Part shown: piece by piece, positions 1-10,477 of the stretch
Numbering within the stretch: position 1 is the stretch's first letter
Layout: every line of letters begins with the position of its first letter
NCBI GenBank assembly: GCA_963675295.2
Contig: CAXXKJ010000002.1
Span: 3,424,001-3,488,000 of the forward strand
Origin: a bacterium
GTDB lineage: Bacteria > Electryoneota > Electryoneia > Electryoneales > Electryoneaceae
Length of the DNA: 64,000 nucleotides
Reading direction: 5' to 3'
The notes under the pieces: generated by a model
Seen by the model: only the letters and a program-made list of their open reading frames with translations
The model's database searches: none
What the model was told of the DNA's origin: nothing
Program-made: the position numbers and the translations under genes

Positions 1-1
1 C

Positions 2-2998
2 GACGGCGAGGTGTTCGGTCCGGACGGGATGCGTCCCACGGAATGGGTCCTGCGCGCACCGATTGAGGTTCACGACCGCACCCTCGGCCACGTTGAAGTC
101 TTCTACACCCGTGAGCTGCCGAAAGAAGACAACGGTCCCTTCCTCAAGGAAGAAGCCAAGCTGCTGGAAACCATCGCCGACCGTGTCGGGCACTTCATCC
201 TGCATAAGCACCTGCGCAAGGTGATTGAGGGCTGGGACACTGCGCGCAAGGACCTGAAGCGGCAGGGCGAATGGCGGGTGATCGTCGATCTGTTGCGCCG
301 CACCGACCAGGAGCTGTTCCTCGTCGTCGCTCGCAAGATGATGAATCACCTCTGCTGGAAGGGTGTCGTCGAGGCGGACGATATCCTCGCGCAACTGGGC
401 TCAACGGATCGCCGTCTCGGTGAGACGGAAGACGCCAACCGTCCGCTGCAACGCAGGAAAGCGTACGACATCCTCGCGTTGAGCGAAGAGATCTTCAACG
501 TCGCGGAAGCGAACCTCTGGGACAACGATATCCTCGAGCTGGTGCAGAAGTACATGCAGGAGGATCGCGCCAGCTTCCTGATTCGCACGTTGATCAATCT
601 CGACAGCACGCTCACCGACATCTCCGACGCCATCCGCCGCTTCCACCACCTGTCCCTCGACACGATGGACCTCGCTGAATCGACGCGCAAGGGAGTCAAG
701 GTGGCGATGGTGCGCCGGTTCCTCAGCGATCAGCTCGAGTTCATTCAGATCGCGAAGGACTATGTCGATATCAAAGACTTCATGCAGCTCATTCCGCGGC
801 TGATCCATCCGATCAACAGCCACGGAAAGCTGGGCGGCAAAAGCGCGGGCATGTTCCTGGCCTGGAAGATGCTGCGCAAGGCGATCGACAAGCACCCGGA
901 ATTCTCAGAAGTGCGGCTGCCGAAGACGTGGTACATCACCTCGGACGGCCTCCACAGCTTCCTCCACTTCAACAACCTCGAGGAAGTCACCGAGCAGAAG
1001 TACAAGGACATCGAGCAGGTACGGCAGGAACACCCGCACATCGTCCACCTGTTCAAGTCGTCGCATTTCCCGCCGGAAATCATTCCCGGCCTCTCGATGG
1101 CGTTGGACGATTTCGGCGAAAGCCCGATTATCGTCCGCAGTTCCAGCTTGCTCGAAGACCGGCTCGGATCGGCATTTTCCGGCAAGTATACCAGCTTGTT
1201 CCTCGCCAACCGTGGCAGCAAATCCGAACGGCTGGAAGCGTTGATGGACGCCATCGCGGAGGTGTATTCCTCCACCTTCGCCAGCGATCCGATCGAGTAT
1301 CGCGCCGAACGCGGATTGCTCGACTTTCACGAAGAGATGGGCATCCTGATCCAGGAGGTGGTCGGCACGCGTGTCGGGAAGTACTACCTCCCCGCCTACG
1401 CCGGCGTCGCCTTCAGCAACAACGAGTTCCGCTGGTCGCCACGGATCAAGCGTGAAGATGGTCTCGTCCGGCTCGTGCCCGGGCTCGGCACTCGCGCGGT
1501 CGACCGTCTCAGTGACGACTACTGCATCCTCGCCGCGCCGGGCCAGCCGGATCTGCGGGTGAATGTGACCGTTGAGGAGAGTATCCGTTATTCGCCACGG
1601 TACCTCGACGCCATTGACCTCGACAGCAACACGTTCGTCACCCTGCCGATCCAGGAGTTCCTCAAGCAGCACGGGGACAGCTTCCCGCGTGTGCAGGAGT
1701 TTGTTTCCGAGATCGAACACAATCACCTGCGTCAGCCGAACCTCTTTGACCTCGACTTCGAGGAAAAGGATTACGCGGTCACCTTCGAGGGACTGATCCA
1801 CCAGTCGAAGTTCATCAAGCACATCAAGGCGGTGCTCGCAACCCTTGAGGAATCGTTGCACGGGCCCGTGGACATCGAGTTTGCACATGATGGCAAGTTC
1901 TTCTACCTGCTGCAATGCCGTCCGCAAAGTCACGGCGATGACACCCGTCCCGCCGCGATCCCGAAGGACATTCCGGAGAGTGCGATCCTGTTCTCAGCGA
2001 ACCGCTATGTCTCCAACGGTGCCGTGCCAGAGATCAAGTACGTCGTTTATGTCGATCCGGAAGCATACGCCGAGCTTGAGGACAAGAAGGAGATGCTGCG
2101 TGTCGCGCGGGCGGTGGGCCAGTTGAACAAACAGCTGCCGAAACGACGGTTCATCCTGATGGGGCCGGGCCGTTGGGGCAGCCGTGGCGACATTAAGCTC
2201 GGTGTCAGCGTTACCTACAGCGAGATCAACAACACGGCGATGTTGATCGAGGTCGCGCGTCAGAAAGGCGGTTATGTACCCGACCTGTCCTTCGGCACGC
2301 ACTTCTTCCAGGATCTGGTCGAGGCGTCCATCCGTTATCTCCCGTTGTATCCGGACGATTCCGACGTCCTGTTCAACGAACGCATCCTGACCCAATCCTA
2401 CAACATGTTGGGCGAATTGCTGCCTGAGTACGGGAATCTGGACAAGGTGATCAAAGTGATCGACGTGCCGCGCAGCCTCAGTGGCAAGGTTCTCAAGGTG
2501 TACATGAACGCCGATCTCGACCAGGCGGTCGCGATACTGACTCAATCCACCCAGGAAGCTGATCCGGAGACCAAACGAACGGGCATCACGGCATTCGATG
2601 TGCCCGAACGCAGTTCCGACGACCACTGGCGCTGGCGTTACCGGATGGCGGAACGGATCGCGGGTCGGATCGAGGCGGAGAAGTATGGCGTCAAGGCAAT
2701 GTTTGTCTTTGGCAGCACGAAAAACGGCACCGCCAAGGCCGGTAGCGATCTCGACCTGCTGATTCACGTCGCAGATGATGCCTCGAACCGTGACGAGCTG
2801 ATGATCTGGTTCAACGGCTGGTCGGCGGCATTGGCCGAGATCAACTATCTGCGCACAGGCTATCGCAGTGAGAATTTGCTTGACGTACATTTCGTCACCG
2901 ACGAGGACATCAAGAACCGCACCAGCTACGCGGTCAAGATTGGCGCGGTGACCGACGCCGCGAAGGAAATCCCGCTCGGGGGGATCGATCCGGCATAA
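2..2998 (+). CDS. PEP/pyruvate-binding (PPDK_N-like) domain protein with N-terminal GAF-like segment and C-terminal nucleotidyltransferase domain; 5'-truncated by window edge
   Basis: Frame is open from base 2. Motifs GKLGGKSAG, IIVRSSSLLED..FSGKY, PGLGTRAVDR, VDIEFA..LLQCRP and SFGTHFFQDL; C-terminal MFVFGSTKNG..SDLDLL is a pol-beta/MNT-type signature. Confidence 0.8.
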   Translation, partial: DGEVFGPDGMRPTEWVLRAPIEVHDRTLGHVEVFYTRELPKEDNGPFLKEEAKLLETIADRVGHFILHKHLRKVIEGWDTARKDLKRQGEWRVIVDLLRRTDQELFLVVARKMMNHLCWKGVVEADDILAQLGSTDRRLGETEDANRPLQRRKAYDILALSEEIFNVAEANLWDNDILELVQKYMQEDRASFLIRTLINLDSTLTDISDAIRRFHHLSLDTMDLAESTRKGVKVAMVRRFLSDQLEFIQIAKDYVDIKDFMQLIPRLIHPINSHGKLGGKSAGMFLAWKMLRKAIDKHPEFSEVRLPKTWYITSDGLHSFLHFNNLEEVTEQKYKDIEQVRQEHPHIVHLFKSSHFPPEIIPGLSMALDDFGESPIIVRSSSLLEDRLGSAFSGKYTSLFLANRGSKSERLEALMDAIAEVYSSTFASDPIEYRAERGLLDFHEEMGILIQEVVGTRVGKYYLPAYAGVAFSNNEFRWSPRIKREDGLVRLVPGLGTRAVDRLSDDYCILAAPGQPDLRVNVTVEESIRYSPRYLDAIDLDSNTFVTLPIQEFLKQHGDSFPRVQEFVSEIEHNHLRQPNLFDLDFEEKDYAVTFEGLIHQSKFIKHIKAVLATLEESLHGPVDIEFAHDGKFFYLLQCRPQSHGDDTRPAAIPKDIPESAILFSANRYVSNGAVPEIKYVVYVDPEAYAELEDKKEMLRVARAVGQLNKQLPKRRFILMGPGRWGSRGDIKLGVSVTYSEINNTAMLIEVARQKGGYVPDLSFGTHFFQDLVEASIRYLPLYPDDSDVLFNERILTQSYNMLGELLPEYGNLDKVIKVIDVPRSLSGKVLKVYMNADLDQAVAILTQSTQEADPETKRTGITAFDVPERSSDDHWRWRYRMAERIAGRIEAEKYGVKAMFVFGSTKNGTAKAGSDLDLLIHVADDASNRDELMIWFNGWSAALAEINYLRTGYRSENLLDVHFVTDEDIKNRTSYAVKIGAVTDAAKEIPLGGIDPA

Positions 2999-3034
2999 TC
3001 GTTACTGGAATCCTCTGACAAACAAGAGAGTACG

Positions 3035-3433
3035 ATGACTGAAAATCTGGTTTCTATGCTGCTCGCTTGGGCGTTTGTTACGTTTTCCCTTGGCTTCCAG
3101 TGGATCATGTACAAGCATGGAGATCGCTCGTACTGGAAAGGGAACAAGCGGAATCCCCTGTTCGCCATCGAGGGCTGGGCGGCCCTGTTCAGCGCAGCGG
3201 TGATCTACGCACTGCTTCGCACGTGGCTGTTGATCAATCCCGCAGCTTCAGTTCACGACATCTCGTTCGTTGTTTGCCTGTTTGTCTGCCAGATCGTCTT
3301 CACCGGCAGCCTCTACCTGGCCTGGAAGCTGTTTCCTGATTTTCCGTCTTTCTTCGGCTGGCGTGATTCCCGCGAGACGAATGAAACGTCCGAACCGAAC
3401 GAAGACGCGCAGCAGGCAGTCCCCACGAAGTAA
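3035..3433 (+). CDS. Small membrane protein, about 3 TM segments, function unknown
   Basis: Hydrophobic segments; fills the gap between two co-directional genes. Confidence 0.55.
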   Translation: MTENLVSMLLAWAFVTFSLGFQWIMYKHGDRSYWKGNKRNPLFAIEGWAALFSAAVIYALLRTWLLINPAASVHDISFVVCLFVCQIVFTGSLYLAWKLFPDFPSFFGWRDSRETNETSEPNEDAQQAVPTK

Positions 3434-3448
3434 CCGGAGTCCGCGATC

Positions 3449-4852
3449 GTGTCGAAATCTGTCCAGTCCCGTCTCAGCCAGTTGCCGAAGGTGGATATCG
3501 TTCTCCAGCACCGGGAGCTGGGTGCCTGGTCACGGTCTCCGTTGACCGCCGGCAAAGTCCGTGAGCTGATCGACGAAACCCGGCAGATGGTGCTGGAAGA
3601 TGAGAACACGATCATCCCGGACGCCGCCGACCTCGCCCGGATGGCTCATGACGAACTGAACGATCAGTTTCGCTCCCCCCTGCGCCGGGTGTTGAACGGA
3701 ACCGGCATTATTGTCCACACCAACCTCGGCCGGGCGCCGATCAGCGAGGCTGCGATTGAGGCGATGAACGCCGTCGCACGCGGCTACAGCACGCTCGAAT
3801 ACGATCTCGACCGGGGACGGCGCGGTTCACGACATAACCTCGTGCGTGAACACCTGCTCGCGTTGACTGGTGCGGAGGACGCGCTGGTCGCCAACAACAA
3901 CGCCTCCGCCCTGTTATTGGCTTTGACCACGCTCGCGAAACGGAAAGAGGTGCTGGTCAGCCGTGGTCAGCTGGTCGAAATTGGCGGATCGTTCCGGATT
4001 CCGGACATCTGCCGCGTCTCCGGCGCGAAACTGGTCGAGGTAGGAACCACCAACCGTACTAGACTAGCCGACTACGAACGCGCGATCTCGGCAAAGACCG
4101 GCGTGCTCTTACGGGTGCATCCCTCAAACTTCCGTGTCGTTGGCTTCACTGAGGAAGTGCAGCTCGACGATCTCGTCAAACTGGGTCAAAAACACAACCT
4201 CCCGGTTGTCGACGATCTCGGCAGCGGCGCATTGGCGAATGTGTCCTCAGTGACTCGTCTCCCGCACGAATCACTGGTGTCGGAGAGTGTGGGCGCTGGC
4301 GCGGATGTCGTCACCTTCAGCGGCGACAAGCTGCTCGGCGGTCCGCAGGCGGGGCTCGCTGTCGGGAATTCGGCGTATATCGGCAAGATGCGCAAGCATC
4401 CGTTAATGCGGGCCGTGCGTCCGGACAAACTGACCTTCGCTGCGTTGACCGCAACGTTGCAGCAGTACCTGACGTCGGATCACATCGAGCAGTTACCGAT
4501 CTGGCGCATGTTCAGCCTCGGTGTGATCGAGCTCGAGGCGTGCCTCGGGCCTGTGTACAAGGCGATTAAAGCTGCGGCGAACAACGCCGGACTTGAGCTG
4601 GAGATCGGCCAGTCGGTGTCCTATGCCGGTGGCGGCAGCCTGCCGGAAGAGGAAATGCCCAGCCGTGCGTTGATCTTCTCCGGGACTCAGCGGCGCTTGA
4701 AGGATTTTCAGGACGGTCTCAGGCTCGCGGATGTCCCCCTGATCGGGTATCTTAAGGACAAACGGTTCCATCTCGACGCCCGAACCCTGTCCATTGAATC
4801 CCCGGATGAGATCACGACGCTGCTGATCGCCGGACTGGAGGAGTTGTCATGA
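3449..4852 (+). CDS. selA: L-seryl-tRNA(Sec) selenium transferase
   Basis: LRRVLNGTGIIVHTNLGRAP, SRGQLVEIGGSFRIPD, EVGTTNRT, and FSGDKLLGGPQAG (PLP lysine). Confidence 0.97.
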   Translation: MSKSVQSRLSQLPKVDIVLQHRELGAWSRSPLTAGKVRELIDETRQMVLEDENTIIPDAADLARMAHDELNDQFRSPLRRVLNGTGIIVHTNLGRAPISEAAIEAMNAVARGYSTLEYDLDRGRRGSRHNLVREHLLALTGAEDALVANNNASALLLALTTLAKRKEVLVSRGQLVEIGGSFRIPDICRVSGAKLVEVGTTNRTRLADYERAISAKTGVLLRVHPSNFRVVGFTEEVQLDDLVKLGQKHNLPVVDDLGSGALANVSSVTRLPHESLVSESVGAGADVVTFSGDKLLGGPQAGLAVGNSAYIGKMRKHPLMRAVRPDKLTFAALTATLQQYLTSDHIEQLPIWRMFSLGVIELEACLGPVYKAIKAAANNAGLELEIGQSVSYAGGGSLPEEEMPSRALIFSGTQRRLKDFQDGLRLADVPLIGYLKDKRFHLDARTLSIESPDEITTLLIAGLEELS

Positions 4853-6219
4853 AGCGGACCCTTGTCATTCTGCTGCTGTTACTGCTGCCATTGGCTTTCG
4901 GCCTGGCGCAGTTGGACAGCACCGCAACCGACACAGCTTCCAGCGAACCGGAGCGTATTTCTGCGAAACGTGGCCTGGTGCACCTGATGTTCATCGAGGG
5001 CGCGATTCACGCCGTCGTCAGCCAGTCCATTGAACGGGCGATTGAGCGGGCGGACGAGGCCGGCGCGCGGGCCTTGATCATCGAGCTCGACACTCCGGGC
5101 GGCCTGCTGGAATCGACCCACGACATCACCAAGACCATCCTCAACAGCCCGGTTCCGATTGTGGTGTATGTTGCCCCCAATGGTGCACGCGCCGGGTCGG
5201 CGGGCGTATTTATCACGATGGCGGCCCATGTCGCCGCGATGGCTCCCTCGACGAACATCGGCGCGGCAACGCCGGTTGGGATGGGCGACTCGCCGACGGC
5301 GACGGATACGACCGAAGCCGCACAATCGGACGCCGAGGCGATGCGCCGCAAGGTGACCAACGATGCGATCGCCAATGTCCGCGCGATGGCGGAAAAGCAC
5401 GCCCGCAACGCCGATTGGGCGGAGAAGGCGGTGCGGGAAGCGGCCTCGATCACCGCGACGGAAGCGCTCGAGTTGAACGTGATCGAGTTTATCGCAGAGG
5501 ATGTGGACGATCTGCTCGAGCAAATGGACGGCATGATCGTCGAGGTTCCGGACGGCGACATCATCCTTGAAACGAAGAACGCTCGTGTCGACGAATTCGA
5601 ACCGACCTGGCGTGAGGATTTCCTCAATACGCTTGCCAATCCGAATCTGGCGTACATCCTGATGCTGATCGGGTTTTACGGTCTCATCTTCGAACTCTAC
5701 AATCCGGGCGCGATCATCCCGGGCGTGGTCGGCGTGATCAGCCTGATCCTCGCGTTCTTTGCGCTGCAAACGTTGCCGATCAGTTGGGCAGGGCTGCTGC
5801 TGATTGTACTTGCGATAGTGCTCTTTGTGCTGGAGGTGTACGTGACCAGTTTCGGTTTTCTCACATTTGGCGGTACGGTCTCACTGGTGATCGGATCGGT
5901 GCTGCTGATTGACACCGATGTACCGGACATGCGGGTATCGTGGTCGGTGATCGTCCCCACCGTGCTGGTCACCATTGCGTTCTTCACGTTTGCGCTGACG
6001 ATGGCGATCAAGGCGCAGAAGAACAAGGTCGCCACCGGCAAGGAAGGCCTGGCCGGCGAGCACGGGCACGCGGTCGGCGACATCGCCCCCCGTGGCAAGG
6101 TCAAGATTGGCGGCGAATACTGGAAGGCGGAAGCAGTTGGCGACGAGATCAAGGACGGTGACGAGATCGAGGTGATTTCCGAGGATCGTCTCGTGGTGAA
6201 GGTGAAACGAGTGGACTGA
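4849..6219 (+). CDS. nfeD: NfeD-family membrane-bound ClpP-class serine protease (long form)
   Basis: Signal peptide, IELDTPGGL, ARAGSAG, APSTNIGAA, TM cluster, and C-terminal OB-fold (GKVKIGGEYWKA). ATGA overlap with selA. Confidence 0.92.
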   Translation: MKRTLVILLLLLLPLAFGLAQLDSTATDTASSEPERISAKRGLVHLMFIEGAIHAVVSQSIERAIERADEAGARALIIELDTPGGLLESTHDITKTILNSPVPIVVYVAPNGARAGSAGVFITMAAHVAAMAPSTNIGAATPVGMGDSPTATDTTEAAQSDAEAMRRKVTNDAIANVRAMAEKHARNADWAEKAVREAASITATEALELNVIEFIAEDVDDLLEQMDGMIVEVPDGDIILETKNARVDEFEPTWREDFLNTLANPNLAYILMLIGFYGLIFELYNPGAIIPGVVGVISLILAFFALQTLPISWAGLLLIVLAIVLFVLEVYVTSFGFLTFGGTVSLVIGSVLLIDTDVPDMRVSWSVIVPTVLVTIAFFTFALTMAIKAQKNKVATGKEGLAGEHGHAVGDIAPRGKVKIGGEYWKAEAVGDEIKDGDEIEVISEDRLVVKVKRVD

Positions 6220-6220
6220 G

Positions 6221-8575
6221 ATGAACCCGCCGGGGCGTGCAACAGTCATCGCGGCAGCCGTGTTTACCGTCGGCCTGCTGCTCGCTCCGGATCAGACACC
6301 GTCGTTGTGGTACCTGCTCCTCCCCGTTGGCGCACTCGTGCTGGCGGGGATTTTTCTGCGTCTGCGTGATCGAATTCCGCAGACGTTACCTGTCATCGCG
6401 CTGATGCTTGCATTCTTCTCCGCCGGGTGGCTGCTCGGCACTCCACAACCCGCACCGTCGATTCCGGAGGGCCGGATCTGGATCGAGGGCACGGTCCGAA
6501 TTCCGATCGAACGGTATGACGAGCGCCTGCGCTACCGTCTCAGCCTGCACCGTTGGTGGGCGGGTGATGCGGGCGGCGAGCTCGACCTCGGCGCGGTGCT
6601 GTACCTGCCGGATTCGCTCGGTGTGAACCTGCAGCCGGGCGAAGAGGTCCAGTTGATCGCGCGGCTGGAACGTTTCCGTGGCCCACGTAACCCCGGCGAC
6701 ATCGACTGGCGCGGCTACTGGGCGAACCGGGACGTTGACGTGATGCTGCGGTCGGTGCGATTCGTCGAACCGTTGGGCATCAACCGGTTCTTCGGCGGCT
6801 GGACACGTCAGGTTGTCGGCGGTTGGCGCTCTGGAATCGATCAGATCATCCGTGAGTACCTCACCCCGCCCGCGCAACCGCTCGCCCAGGCGCTGCTCAT
6901 CGGCGACCGCTCGCACTGGGACGAAACTCTGCACGACCGCATCGCCCTCTCCGGTCTGATGCACCTTTTCGCCATCTCTGGTTTGCACGTCGGCCTGATG
7001 GTGCTGATCGCGGTCAGCGCGTTGTCGGGGCTGGGTTTCGGGCCACGCATCACCTCGCTGCTGGCGTTGCCGTTGCTGTGGCTGCTGGTCCCGTTGACCG
7101 GGGCGAATCCGCCGGTTGTGCGTGCGGCGATCATCATCAGCGTCGCGGTGATCGGACGGGCGTTGCAGCGAAACGCCGACCCGTTCCACATCCTCGCGCT
7201 GGCGTATCTGCTGCTGCTGTCCCTGCGTCCGGGTGGGATTCACGACCCCGGCTTCCAGCTCAGCTTCGCCGGTGCGGCGGGATCGTTGTACGCCGGCACA
7301 CACTACCGTCATCTGCTCTCGCCGACCAGGAAATATGCGGGTTCATTCCGGCGTTGGCTGCACCGTTGGTCGCGACGGTTCATGGTCGCATTTGTGGTCT
7401 CGTTGTACGCGTGGCTGTTCACCGCGCCGGTGCTGGTGGCGCATTTCGGACGCATCGCGCTGCTCGGCCCGGTCGCGACGCTGCCCGCGCTGCTGACGGT
7501 CACCCTTGCGCTGACAGCCGGTTGGGTGATGGTCGCGGTTGGTTGGTGGCCGTGGCTGGCGAGTGTGTTCGGCGCGTCGATGGATATCCTGTTGCGGATG
7601 ACCAGCGGATTGGCGGATCTGGCAAATCTACACCTGCCATCACTGGAATACCTGCCGGTCAGCGCTGCGGTGCTGGCGTCGCTGGTGCTGGTTGTGGTGC
7701 TGATCACGACCCGCCGGATGGTGTCGCAACCCGTGGGCGGCTGGCTGCTGACAACGTTGTTCGCCGCGGTGATCGTGGTCTATGGTTCGTTGTGGCTACC
7801 GGATTCACGGGTTAAGCTGGCAGTGCTCGACGTCGGGCAGGGGGACGCCGTCCTGATCCGTTCCGGCACGCACGCGGTGCTGATCGACAGTGGCCCTGAG
7901 TACTCGCACGCGGTCGCGGATCAACTGCGACGCCTTGGCATTCGTGAACTGGATCTGCTGCTGATTTCGCACGGTGACGCCGACCACTGCGCGGCAGTGC
8001 CGGAGTTGGTCAAACAGGTACAGGTGAAGGCGGCGCTGGTGTCGCCGGTAACACCGCGAGATCGGGCGGGAATGGCAGCGATTCACGCCCTGCGTGAATC
8101 GGGCACCGATGTTCGTCTCGCCCACGCCGGATTGACTGTCTCCGGACCGTGGGGCGAGCTGCTCTGCATCTACCCGCCGTCGCCGGACATCAACCTGGAC
8201 CTCCCCGACAACGCGCAGTCGCTGGTTTGGTTGTGGCATGCGGAGGACGCGGACGCGGTCTTAGCCGGGGACACGCCGGTCGAGGTCGAGCACCAGCTGC
8301 TGTCCAGATTAAGCCTGTCCGAGGTGGATTTGCTGATGGCGGGGCATCACGGCAGTCGCACCTCAACCTCACGAGAGTGGCTGGCAACGTTGAATCCCCG
8401 AGTTGTCGCCATCTCCTGCGGCCGCAACAACCCGCACAGGCACCCAGCACCGGAGCTGCTAGAGCGGATCAATGAACAAGGTGCGGGGATCTTGCGCACT
8501 GATCAGCAGGGTGCGATCCTGTTCGAGGTCCGGGACGGTGTTCTCACCTCGATTACACACGCACACTGGTGGTAG
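6221..8575 (+). CDS. comEC: DNA internalization competence protein ComEC/Rec2
   Basis: GLMHLFAISGLHVG, GFQLSF, and metallo-beta-lactamase domain LDVGQGDA, ISHGDADH, GHHGSRTS. Confidence 0.93.
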   Translation: MNPPGRATVIAAAVFTVGLLLAPDQTPSLWYLLLPVGALVLAGIFLRLRDRIPQTLPVIALMLAFFSAGWLLGTPQPAPSIPEGRIWIEGTVRIPIERYDERLRYRLSLHRWWAGDAGGELDLGAVLYLPDSLGVNLQPGEEVQLIARLERFRGPRNPGDIDWRGYWANRDVDVMLRSVRFVEPLGINRFFGGWTRQVVGGWRSGIDQIIREYLTPPAQPLAQALLIGDRSHWDETLHDRIALSGLMHLFAISGLHVGLMVLIAVSALSGLGFGPRITSLLALPLLWLLVPLTGANPPVVRAAIIISVAVIGRALQRNADPFHILALAYLLLLSLRPGGIHDPGFQLSFAGAAGSLYAGTHYRHLLSPTRKYAGSFRRWLHRWSRRFMVAFVVSLYAWLFTAPVLVAHFGRIALLGPVATLPALLTVTLALTAGWVMVAVGWWPWLASVFGASMDILLRMTSGLADLANLHLPSLEYLPVSAAVLASLVLVVVLITTRRMVSQPVGGWLLTTLFAAVIVVYGSLWLPDSRVKLAVLDVGQGDAVLIRSGTHAVLIDSGPEYSHAVADQLRRLGIRELDLLLISHGDADHCAAVPELVKQVQVKAALVSPVTPRDRAGMAAIHALRESGTDVRLAHAGLTVSGPWGELLCIYPPSPDINLDLPDNAQSLVWLWHAEDADAVLAGDTPVEVEHQLLSRLSLSEVDLLMAGHHGSRTSTSREWLATLNPRVVAISCGRNNPHRHPAPELLERINEQGAGILRTDQQGAILFEVRDGVLTSITHAHWW

Positions 8576-8587
8576 AAACGGCAGTCA

Positions 8588-8720
8588 CTCGTCTCTTGTC
8601 CCTCGTCTCTCGTCCTTCGTCGTTGGTCTCTCGGTGCCTTGGCGGTCGACTTTCGACTTTCGACTGGCTGTCTCTGTACTTTCTTTCGACTCAACACTCA
8701 CAACTCATCACTCACAACAG
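8588..8720. repeat. Cluster of three 7-bp-period tandem arrays (CTCGTCT-like, TCGACTT, ACTCAxx)
   Basis: ctcgtct cttgtcc ctcgtct ctcgtcc...; tcgactt tcgactt tcgactg; actcaac actcaca actcatc actcaca. Confidence 0.85.
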
Positions 8721-8731
8721 TCGTTTCCGCC

Positions 8732-9595
8732 ATGCCTGACAACCTGATCTACGTCCAGACTTCCCCCACCGTCAACCTGTGTGTCCGTTCGCAGCAAGGT
8801 CAGTATGACATGCCGACCGTGCTATTCGTCCACGGCCTCGGCGATTCGTCCCTGTGCTGGAAACCGTTCTACCAGCGGAACGATCTGCTCGATTTCACCC
8901 TGCTCGCGCCGGACTTGCCCGGCTATGGCCGCACGCGTTTGTCCAAGGGTACCGGCGGCGGCATCGCGGCACATGTGGAGCACCTCCGTTCGCTGATCGA
9001 GGAAATCGTCGGCGGCCCGTTGCTGGTGGTCGGTCATTCGCTGGGTGGATTGATCGCGACGTACCTCGTGCGAGCACTCGAGCAAGCCGGAGCAAAACCA
9101 TCGGACGAGCGGGTACACGAACCGGTCCGTCTGATCGGACTGATCAACGTCGAGGGCAACCTTACCGGCGCGGACGCGTTCATCTCCAGCCGTGCGACCA
9201 AGGCCGACCAGCGTGGCCACTTTGACGAGTGGTATCAGGCGTTTGTCCGTACCAGCTACGAAGGCCTGTGGGCGGAGGCGAATCCGCACCTGAAGCACTA
9301 TCCGGATTCGCTGCGCATGGCTGATCCGGCGGCATTTCTGGCCGATTGCCACGAGATGGTCGCATTGAAAACCCGCACCGACAACGACAGCGGCGAGAAC
9401 GAAGCCGGCGGTGAATACCTCAAGATCCGCGCGCCGAAACTGTATGTCTACGGCACCGAGTCAATCCCTCAAATTACGCTGGATTTCATCGCGCGCAACG
9501 AACTGAACAAGGTCGCGGTTGACGGCGCCGGACACTGGGCGATGCATGACGATCCGGATCGTTTCGTGAACCTTTTACTGGAGTGGCTGCGATGA
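8732..9595 (+). CDS. Alpha/beta-fold hydrolase
   Basis: FVHGLG, APDLPGYG, nucleophile GHSLGG, and GAGHW. Start moved to ATG 8732 because the upstream extension translates repeats. Confidence 0.9.
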   Translation: MPDNLIYVQTSPTVNLCVRSQQGQYDMPTVLFVHGLGDSSLCWKPFYQRNDLLDFTLLAPDLPGYGRTRLSKGTGGGIAAHVEHLRSLIEEIVGGPLLVVGHSLGGLIATYLVRALEQAGAKPSDERVHEPVRLIGLINVEGNLTGADAFISSRATKADQRGHFDEWYQAFVRTSYEGLWAEANPHLKHYPDSLRMADPAAFLADCHEMVALKTRTDNDSGENEAGGEYLKIRAPKLYVYGTESIPQITLDFIARNELNKVAVDGAGHWAMHDDPDRFVNLLLEWLR

Positions 9596-10383
9596 GTGTT
9601 GATCCGACACCGTGGAAGCCGGACACGTCCAATCGTCCCGAGATGCGGGTAATCTTCGAGATGTTTCGTGGTCTTCCGCGTCAGGGCCCGGGCAGTGACG
9701 AACACACCTTACGTGCCTGGTCGTTGCTCAAAAACTTACCGCGCCGGCCTGAAATTCTGAATGTTGGCTGCGGGACCGGCGGGGACGCGTTGGCGATCGC
9801 GCGCGGCCATGACGTCCGCACTACCTGCATCGACATTGACCAGCCGAGTCTGGATGTCCTCGCCCGACGCGCAGCGGAGGGCGGCATCCCGGAACGGATC
9901 ACCCCGATCAACCAGACGCTCACCGATCTCAGCCGGTTCGCGGATCGAAGCTTTGATGTATTGTGGGCGGAAGGGTCGATTTTCATCTACGGCTTTGCCA
10001 AGGCGCTGCAGAACTGGAAACGGCTGCTAAGGCCGCGCGGCTACTTCGTGATCTCGGACGTGGTCTGGACCACAGACAATCGTCCCCGGGAAGCGGTTGA
10101 TTTCTGGAATGTCGGCTATCCGGACCTGGAGTCCGTTGAGGAACGAATCCGCCTGATCCATTCCTCTGGCTATGATCTCATCGACCATTTTTCGCTGCCG
10201 GAACGTTGCTGGTGGGATGTCTGCTACACACCGATGGAGAACAACCTGCCGGCATTGCGGGAGAAATACCGTGATGATGCCGACGCGCTGTTGGAAATCG
10301 AAGAAGCCCAGGCCGAGATCAACCTGTTCCGTAAGTATTCGAACGCCTATGGGTACGAGTTCTTCGTGATGCGGCTGCCATGA
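9592..10383 (+). CDS. Class I SAM-dependent methyltransferase
   Basis: LPRQGPGS, ILNVGCGTG, FDVLWAEGSI, LLRPRGY. ATGA overlap with the hydrolase gene. Confidence 0.9.
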   Translation: MSVDPTPWKPDTSNRPEMRVIFEMFRGLPRQGPGSDEHTLRAWSLLKNLPRRPEILNVGCGTGGDALAIARGHDVRTTCIDIDQPSLDVLARRAAEGGIPERITPINQTLTDLSRFADRSFDVLWAEGSIFIYGFAKALQNWKRLLRPRGYFVISDVVWTTDNRPREAVDFWNVGYPDLESVEERIRLIHSSGYDLIDHFSLPERCWWDVCYTPMENNLPALREKYRDDADALLEIEEAQAEINLFRKYSNAYGYEFFVMRLP

Positions 10384-10477
10384 CCGGTGTCGCCGTCTCT
10401 CCGGTCGCCCGGATAGCGCGATCTGTTACTATCTTTTGTCAAATTCGACATTCTTAACCTGACCTGCGGAGACTCGC

